A stretch of 32,000 bases of DNA from Nitrososphaerota archaeon (GTDB lineage Archaea; Thermoproteota; Nitrososphaeria; Nitrososphaerales; UBA57): assembly GCA_002713205.1 (NCBI GenBank), contig PAVW01000011.1, positions 51,388 to 83,387 of the forward strand, given 5' to 3'. Under the pieces are notes generated by a model. That model ran no database searches, was not told the DNA's origin, and worked only from the letters and a program-made list of their open reading frames with translations. The stretch's first letter is position 1. The number at the start of each line of letters is the position of its first letter. A program made the translations under genes and the position numbers. Positions 26,583 through 32,000 of the stretch are shown piece by piece.

Positions 26583-27086
26583 ATGGCATTACATAAGATT
26601 ATATCAATATTAATTATATGTTATTTTTTAATGTTTATTCCATTTAGTATGGCTCATATAATAGGAGGATTTAAAAAAGATACAAATGGAATAACAGTAC
26701 AGTTTATTTCAGATCCTTCATTTGTAATACAAAATGAAGATTCGAATCTAGTTTTTAGTATTCAGAATGCTACAACTGGAAAAGGACTAGAACGAATTTC
26801 AGTAATAATAAATATTTTTTATGGTATAAGTTTAATCCAATCATATACTGATTTAGACATTATAGAAGGAGATTTTTCTCTTAAACATAATTTTAAAGAA
26901 AAAGGAATTTATGAAATTGAGGTAGAAATTTTAACAGAGAAGGAAACTATCAGTACGATATTTTTGCTACAAGTTACTCCGAAATCACTATTAGAAGATA
27001 TGACATTCTATGTTACATTAGGCATTTCTATAATTATTATAATGTTGATTATAATTAACAGATTTTCACAGATAAATAAAAAATAA
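26583..27086 (+). CDS. hypothetical exported, C-terminally anchored beta-rich protein
   Basis: Signal peptide MALHKIISILIICYFLMFIPFSMA, then a ~115-aa alternating-pattern domain and the C-terminal TM FYVTLGISIIIIMLIII. A TATA (atatataaa, 26548-26556) lies about 31 nt upstream. Confidence 0.55.
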   Translation: MALHKIISILIICYFLMFIPFSMAHIIGGFKKDTNGITVQFISDPSFVIQNEDSNLVFSIQNATTGKGLERISVIINIFYGISLIQSYTDLDIIEGDFSLKHNFKEKGIYEIEVEILTEKETISTIFLLQVTPKSLLEDMTFYVTLGISIIIIMLIIINRFSQINKK

Positions 27087-27110
27087 TTGTATGAATTATA
27101 GAATTTTACA

Positions 27111-28184
27111 TCAGATATTTTTGATATCTTCAAAATCAGATTTCAGAGCGCTAGGAATTTCAGAATAAACATCCGTGATCAATGTATCCACGCTAGGCAT
27201 AGGAGAAGATTCAACTTGCGCAATTATATCAGATATTTGTCTATCGAATTTTTCTTGTAATTCTTGTTCATATTCAACGGTCCATATTCCTGCATTATTT
27301 AGATATTTACGAAATCTTGCGATGGGATCTTTATTTAGCCATTTTTTATATTCAATCTGATCTTGATATCGAGAACCATCATCAGAAGTAGAGTGAGATG
27401 ATAAACGATATGTCAGAGCTTCTATAAGGGTAGGTCCTCGGCCATCACGAGCATTTTCCATAGCGGTTTTTGTAGCTAAATAGACGGCTAAAACATCATT
27501 TCCATCAACCAATACACCATCAAATCCATAAGCTTGAGCCTTTACTGCAATTCCTTGAGAAGATGTTTGAGAATCAACGTGAGTTGAAATAGCCCATTGA
27601 TTATTTTTACAAAAGAAAACACTAGGGGTTTTAAAAACTCCAGCAAAGTTCAGACCAGAGTGAAAGTCATTAGAAGAAGTAGCGCCATCACCAAAATAAA
27701 TTATTGTAGCGATATTATCACCAATTAATTTCGATGCTAAAGCAGCTCCAACTCCATGAGGTATTTGTGTACCAACAGGTGCAGATGGAGCAACAAATCG
27801 TTTTGAACTACATCCAAACAATCCAGGTAATGCTCTACCTTTATGTTCATCTTCTGAAGTTCCGCGAAGATGAGAAATAATAAAATGAAGTGAGACGCCT
27901 TTGAGTAACATTGCACCTTGTTCTCTATATGCTGGAAAGAACCAATCATTATTGGAAACTCCTAGAGCACTACCAACAGAACAAGCTTCTTCACCATATG
28001 ATGAAAGATAAAAGCCAATTCGTCCTTGACGTTGAAGGGCTATCATTTTAGTATCAAGAATTCTTGTAAGAACCATAGTTTGATAAGTTTTAAGTAATTC
28101 AGCCTCAGATAAATCAAGTTCAATATTATCATTGAGTTCTCCTTCTTCTGTCAAACATTTAATTACATGTCGCAAATGTATCAC
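27111..28184 (-). CDS. 2-oxoacid (pyruvate/branched-chain) dehydrogenase E1 component, alpha subunit
   Basis: 357 aa with the ThDP motif GDGATSSNDFHSGLNFAGVFKTPSVFFCKNNQWAIS and the YRLSSHSTSDD phospholoop-like region. GTG start. Confidence 0.85.
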   Translation of the reverse strand: MIHLRHVIKCLTEEGELNDNIELDLSEAELLKTYQTMVLTRILDTKMIALQRQGRIGFYLSSYGEEACSVGSALGVSNNDWFFPAYREQGAMLLKGVSLHFIISHLRGTSEDEHKGRALPGLFGCSSKRFVAPSAPVGTQIPHGVGAALASKLIGDNIATIIYFGDGATSSNDFHSGLNFAGVFKTPSVFFCKNNQWAISTHVDSQTSSQGIAVKAQAYGFDGVLVDGNDVLAVYLATKTAMENARDGRGPTLIEALTYRLSSHSTSDDGSRYQDQIEYKKWLNKDPIARFRKYLNNAGIWTVEYEQELQEKFDRQISDIIAQVESSPMPSVDTLITDVYSEIPSALKSDFEDIKNI

Positions 28185-28256
28185 TTAATTAAAAAAAATA
28201 TTAATAGTGTTTAACGTTTTATAAATATTCGACAATAACCGAAGATATTCAACTAA

Positions 28257-28600
28257 ATGAAGAAGATTAATTCAATAAACAAAAAACAACATATAATTTG
28301 GAAAATAGTATATGGTTTGTGTTTAAATGAAGAATAATTGATTTATTAGAAGCGTCATTATTAGGATATGAATTAATTATTATAGATAAAAGGAAGAAAA
28401 TTATAAAAATCTACCAAAAAAACAACAATGTGTTTAATGTATCAATAGAACTTGATAATTCAAATCATATAGAAAAGATTCAAATCAATAAAATTAATTG
28501 GGCAGATAAGTCAAAAATAGAAATAATAAATTCAGTAATTCTTCCAAAAAACATCGAAGAGATTTTTAAGAAAGATATTATAAAGATAACTAAAAAATAG
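28257..28600 (+). pseudogene. small hypothetical gene apparently split by a -1 frame change near 28331-28337
   Basis: ATG 28257..TAA 28337 encodes 26 aa (MKKINSINKKQHIIWKIVYGLCLNEE). It is followed, in the -1 frame, by an 89-codon open stretch (28331..28600, IIDLLEASLLGYELIIIDKRKK...) with no start codon until GTG 28430. A TATA (ttttataaatatt) lies about 34 nt upstream of 28257. Confidence 0.3.
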
Positions 28601-28619
28601 TAATTTAATCAATCAGGTT

Positions 28620-28931
28620 TTAGATTCCAAAAGCTCTCAGAAATGCACCATCTTGACTATCTTTCCAATCTTCAATTGCTTGTTTCTTTGCATTATCAAA
28701 TCTATAATCTTGTCCAGTTACAACTCTTTCTGATGATCCTGACATTTTATCAGAAACAGGTTCATGAAACATTATTCCACTTTCAGGAATTAGAGGTGAT
28801 ATTGCTCTAAAGGGTCTGGCATCACTCCATAGAATATCTTCAGGTCCAGCTAATGCAGAATTAATTACGGGAGCAAATAATGAAAGAAGTAAAACGAATG
28901 TCAATATATATACAAAATGTTCCCTTGACAT
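28620..28931 (-). CDS. hypothetical secreted protein
   Basis: The start is placed at ATG 28931 (MSREHFVYILTFVLLLSLFAPVINSALA|GPED signal peptide). A TATA box lies at -30..-21 relative to that ATG. The longer ORF start at 28979 lies inside that promoter. Confidence 0.55.
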   Translation of the reverse strand: MSREHFVYILTFVLLLSLFAPVINSALAGPEDILWSDARPFRAISPLIPESGIMFHEPVSDKMSGSSERVVTGQDYRFDNAKKQAIEDWKDSQDGAFLRAFGI

Positions 28932-28951
28932 AAAATATATATTTATAACGG

Positions 28952-28961
28952 TATTTATATC
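28952..28961 (-). promoter_or_regulatory. TATA box (GATATAAATA on the minus strand) for the secreted-protein gene
   Basis: It lies 21-30 nt upstream of ATG 28931, consistent with a leaderless transcript. Confidence 0.4.
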
Positions 28962-29009
28962 GTTTTTCATAAAAATCAAATAGCAAGAAAAAAATGAAAA
29001 ACAATTGAA

Positions 29010-29119
29010 CGCCGGGAGTGGGATTTGAACCCACGAGACCCTTGCGAGTCACAAGCTAACTGGAATATATTCCAGGCTTGCGCCTTACCAGATTGTCCAT
29101 GAATCTAGACTACCCCGGC
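29010..29119 (-). tRNA. tRNA-Ser(GGA), class II, with two 12-nt introns: D-loop (29093..29104, position 15/16) and canonical 37/38 (29058..29069)
   Basis: Acceptor GCCGGGG/TCCCGGC, T arm GTGGG-TTCAAAT-CCCAC, long variable arm TGACTCGCAAGGGTCTC. Removing ATTCATGGACAA restores D arm GTCT-AGTCTGGTA-AGGC. Removing TATATTCCAGTT gives CAAGC-CTGGAAA-GCTTG. The spliced length is 86 nt. A TATA-like cttttaaatt lies about 22-26 nt upstream. Confidence 0.85.
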
Positions 29120-29181
29120 TATGATTCGAACAAACAATTTAAAAGTTAAATTCTTTATTATGATTAACATTTTTCACAATA

Positions 29182-30186
29182 TTATTCACGAATCTGGTTT
29201 TTTTTCCACATTTTTGGATAAGTACCAGGCCGCATAATAACCCTTTGAGTAATACTAGCAATTCCTTTTTTATTTTCTTGTAATTCAATAGCAGAAAATT
29301 CTGATTTTGCAATTGCAATTAATTCCTCTTTTTGAGAAATAAGTGATATATTATCACCTTTTTGTATAGATTTTGAAAAATTCAAGATTCCAGGAATTGC
29401 CAATTGAGCGCCATGACAGATAGAGTCAATTGCGGAAGACCTTAACATAATTGAATTAAGAGGTTTGGAAATAAATTCAACAGGTTTAACTAATGAACGA
29501 ATTTTTTCATCTTGATTATGGGATTTCCATAAAAACATAGCGTCGTTGAGATCATGTAGTGTAACAAATTTAGTGTTTTCATCTATATGCATAACCTTAG
29601 TACGTCGAAGTTCAATCATAGTAGCACCACATCCTAAGACTTCACCAATATCGTAAATCAATTTTCTAATATAAGTTCCTGCTTCACATAATATCTTTAA
29701 GCAGATTAACCTGCCTTTAGAATCCAGAGGCTTAATGTCATAAATTTCTCTAATTCTGGTTCTTCTTTTTACTGCAGAACGTTGTGGAGGTTTTTGAAAA
29801 ATTTTACCCGTAAATTCAGAGAGATAAGTGGTAAAGGAGTCTGGATTAACATCATTATGTAATCTAAGTATCGCAACATATTCTTTAGATCCATATAGCA
29901 GAATTGATAGAGCCTTAGTTGCATCTCCCAAGCCTATAGGTAATAAACCAGTAACCTGCGGATCCAAAGTACCACTATGACCAGCTTTGTTTTGGTTTAA
30001 CATACTTCTAACCCAAGAAACAATTTGATGGCTAGTAGGACCGGATTGTTTGTCTACAAATATAATTCCATTATTAAGGAGTTCAGGAATTGTTCTATCA
30101 TATGGCCGAGAGCCAAAATCTACAAGATCGTCTTCCTCATTAAGAACAAATCTTTCATTATTAGAATTAGAGTTAAATTGATTCAT
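29182..30186 (-). CDS. cbf5: tRNA/rRNA pseudouridine synthase Cbf5 (H/ACA RNP catalytic subunit, TruB family with PUA domain)
   Basis: 334 aa with the catalytic motif HSGTLDPQVTGLLPIGLGDATK and a C-terminal PUA-like region. Confidence 0.92.
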   Translation of the reverse strand: MNQFNSNSNNERFVLNEEDDLVDFGSRPYDRTIPELLNNGIIFVDKQSGPTSHQIVSWVRSMLNQNKAGHSGTLDPQVTGLLPIGLGDATKALSILLYGSKEYVAILRLHNDVNPDSFTTYLSEFTGKIFQKPPQRSAVKRRTRIREIYDIKPLDSKGRLICLKILCEAGTYIRKLIYDIGEVLGCGATMIELRRTKVMHIDENTKFVTLHDLNDAMFLWKSHNQDEKIRSLVKPVEFISKPLNSIMLRSSAIDSICHGAQLAIPGILNFSKSIQKGDNISLISQKEELIAIAKSEFSAIELQENKKGIASITQRVIMRPGTYPKMWKKNQIRE

Positions 30187-30730
30187 TTATTGATTTAATA
30201 AGAATTTTACTTACTTCATTAATATTAATATCGTTAGTATTTATTATTAGATCAAAAACAGACAAATCTTGCCCTAGATTAATATTATATAATTTGTGAT
30301 AAAGTTCTTGATTTTTTAAATCTCTTTTCTTAACTATGTTTTTAGCTTTATCAATACCGATATTATCACGGACGCATAATCGTTTGGCCCTATTTTCAAT
30401 TGAAGCCTCTAGCCAAACAGAAATGCCTTGTTTAGTAAGCCAAGGTAAAGTGTAGCTAGTAATAACAACATCTCCTTGATTTAATAATTCTAGAAGTTTT
30501 TTATCGACATATTTATCAAAAGAGTAATCATTCATTCGATTGGATATGAAATCCATTCCATGTTTATCATCCCACCAATCAGAGCCAGAGATTTCATAGC
30601 CTTTTTTTTTAGCTAATTCTTTTAGTAAATCTCCACCAGAATAATAATCAAGGTTAAATTCTTTACATAAAGAAAAAGCAGCAGTTGTCTTACCAACTGC
30701 AGGCATACCTGATAGAATTATTCCTTTCAA
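30173..30730 (-). CDS. cmk: cytidylate kinase, archaeal type
   Basis: 185 aa with P-loop SGMPAVGKTT. The layout matches archaeal CMP kinases (WLEASIENRAKR, LIINTNDIN). A TTG start is required to keep the P-loop. Confidence 0.85.
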   Translation of the reverse strand: MKGIILSGMPAVGKTTAAFSLCKEFNLDYYSGGDLLKELAKKKGYEISGSDWWDDKHGMDFISNRMNDYSFDKYVDKKLLELLNQGDVVITSYTLPWLTKQGISVWLEASIENRAKRLCVRDNIGIDKAKNIVKKRDLKNQELYHKLYNINLGQDLSVFDLIINTNDININEVSKILIKSINESI

Positions 30731-30748
30731 AAAGAAAAACCCATAATT

Positions 30749-31324
30749 CTAAATTATAAAGTCCGCAATTGATTTTGCTGCTTCTTCAGATTTTCCTTCT
30801 TGATTAATCGTTATAAATACTGAAGCACCAGTTAAAACACCTGATGAAGAAAGCATGCTTCTTGCAATTTGATTGTCTAATTCTATAGAATTAATTGTTG
30901 CAGAATCACGTGTACGAGTTGGGTCATTTGCTCGTCTATTAAGGATATCTTGAGGTTTTGCTTCTACAAGAACAAGATTTGTAGGTAATAAATAATCAAG
31001 AATGTCTTTAGGCAGTCCGGGCAGATAACCTGAATTAGTTTTAATAAATAAATGAGTATCAATTAGAACTACGTCTGTATTAATTTGTGCAATTGTTTGA
31101 GCTGCTTTTATTTGTAAGTTCTTTTGCTCATCAACTGATAATTTTCTCATTTCATCTCGATTAGAAATGCCAAGTTTTTGGGCTTCTTCGAACATTATAG
31201 TTCCAAAAGTTAGATTTTCTATCTTGAGATTTTTTTGTTGGAGTTGATTAAATACTTCAGTAACAACGGTGGTTTTGCCCACGCCTGGAATACCAACAAT
31301 TACAACACGTTTAGTTTTGACCAA
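30749..31324 (-). CDS. adkA: adenylate kinase, archaeal type
   Basis: 191 aa with P-loop GIPGVGKTTV, in the conserved position after secY. TTG start with GGTG 7 nt upstream; the next Met is residue 44. Confidence 0.88.
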   Translation of the reverse strand: MVKTKRVVIVGIPGVGKTTVVTEVFNQLQQKNLKIENLTFGTIMFEEAQKLGISNRDEMRKLSVDEQKNLQIKAAQTIAQINTDVVLIDTHLFIKTNSGYLPGLPKDILDYLLPTNLVLVEAKPQDILNRRANDPTRTRDSATINSIELDNQIARSMLSSSGVLTGASVFITINQEGKSEEAAKSIADFII

Positions 31325-31355
31325 TTATGAACACCAAAAAAGTTACTAATATAGG

Positions 31356-32000
31356 CTATCCTTTACCCAAGAATGATGCAAGACCTGGCATCATTGCCTC
31401 TAGTCTTTCTTTCATCAATATTTGATAGTAATTCATAGTTATACTTACCATAAGCAATATTCCAGTACCACCACCAAATATTCCTAATATATCTGCCCCT
31501 GATGCCAATAGACCCATCAAAATACCACCAATAATTGTAATGACAGGAATATAACGTTGGAGTACAACCTCAACAGAAGCTTGCGAACGTCGAAAACCTG
31601 GAACTTGAACATTTGCGCCAAGAAGATTTTTTGCCACGCTTTTTGCACCCAATCCACCTATTTCAACCCAAACTCTGGCAAAAATAGTACACATTACAAT
31701 ATAGAATAACATGTAAGTAATAGCACGGACAGGTTCGACAGATGCTACTTCTATCCCACGTGGAGGGGAAATATAATAAGCTAAACCACCTATTGGGCCT
31801 TGTGTAGGATCATTAACATTAAAAATCGCTATAAGATTCAACAAACTGTTTGAATTAGCAGGATTATATCGGGACCATATAAATTGTGAAAAGAATATTA
31901 CGTTGGCTAAAAGGGCTCCAGTCAAAATAACAGGCAAAACTGATACATAAAGTAATTTTATTGGGTAAGTGCCTTGGAATCCTCTATATTTAACAGAAGT
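31356..32000 (-). CDS. secY: protein translocase subunit SecY (C-terminal part; N-terminus beyond the window edge)
   Basis: The frame stays open to nt 32000 (TSVKYRGFQGTYPIKLLYVSVLPVILTGAL...). The listed start at 31937 is an internal TTG (Leu) codon. Confidence 0.92.
   Translation of the reverse strand, partial: TSVKYRGFQGTYPIKLLYVSVLPVILTGALLANVIFFSQFIWSRYNPANSNSLLNLIAIFNVNDPTQGPIGGLAYYISPPRGIEVASVEPVRAITYMLFYIVMCTIFARVWVEIGGLGAKSVAKNLLGANVQVPGFRRSQASVEVVLQRYIPVITIIGGILMGLLASGADILGIFGGGTGILLMVSITMNYYQILMKERLEAMMPGLASFLGKG

Noticed and set aside
28861-29052. 63-aa minus-strand ORF
   Set aside because: It overlaps the 3' half of the tRNA-Ser gene and the promoter/5' end of the secreted-protein gene. 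It is a spurious ORF.

Overview
AT-rich, very compact archaeal chromosome segment. The gene content suggests a marine Thaumarchaeota/Nitrosopumilales-like genome, but that assignment is inference only. Supporting content: P0/P1 stalk proteins, Spt5, SecE, Cbf5, archaeal-type Adk/Cmk, DtdA and intron-containing tRNAs. About 40 genes are mostly housekeeping: leuS, alaS, the uL11-uL1-P0 cluster with P1, spt5-secE, ilvC, tatC/tatA, a DUF106/YidC-like insertase, hisC, an OCD-family enzyme, and cbf5-cmk-adk-secY at the right edge. I found no CRISPR array, transposase, integrase or recognisable defence operon, and I cannot point to a convincing multi-gene novel system. Seven things are not explained by the ORF track. 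(1) An 85-bp tandem duplication covers the 5' end of dtdA. (2) Two tRNA genes carry three 12-nt mini-introns of one shared bulge-helix-loop design, two at non-canonical positions. (3) A GC-rich 67-nt stem-bounded element with C/D-box-like motifs and its own TATA box lies between tatC and tatA. (4) Two solitary SPPY-motif DNA methyltransferases have motif I before motif IV and no nuclease partner. (5) Two small plus-strand loci only make sense if read across frame changes. (6) About one third of genes start with TTG, including highly conserved ones. (7) The P1 stalk gene is inverted relative to the uL11-uL1-P0 cluster. All functional calls rest on motif-level recognition by eye; no database search was run.
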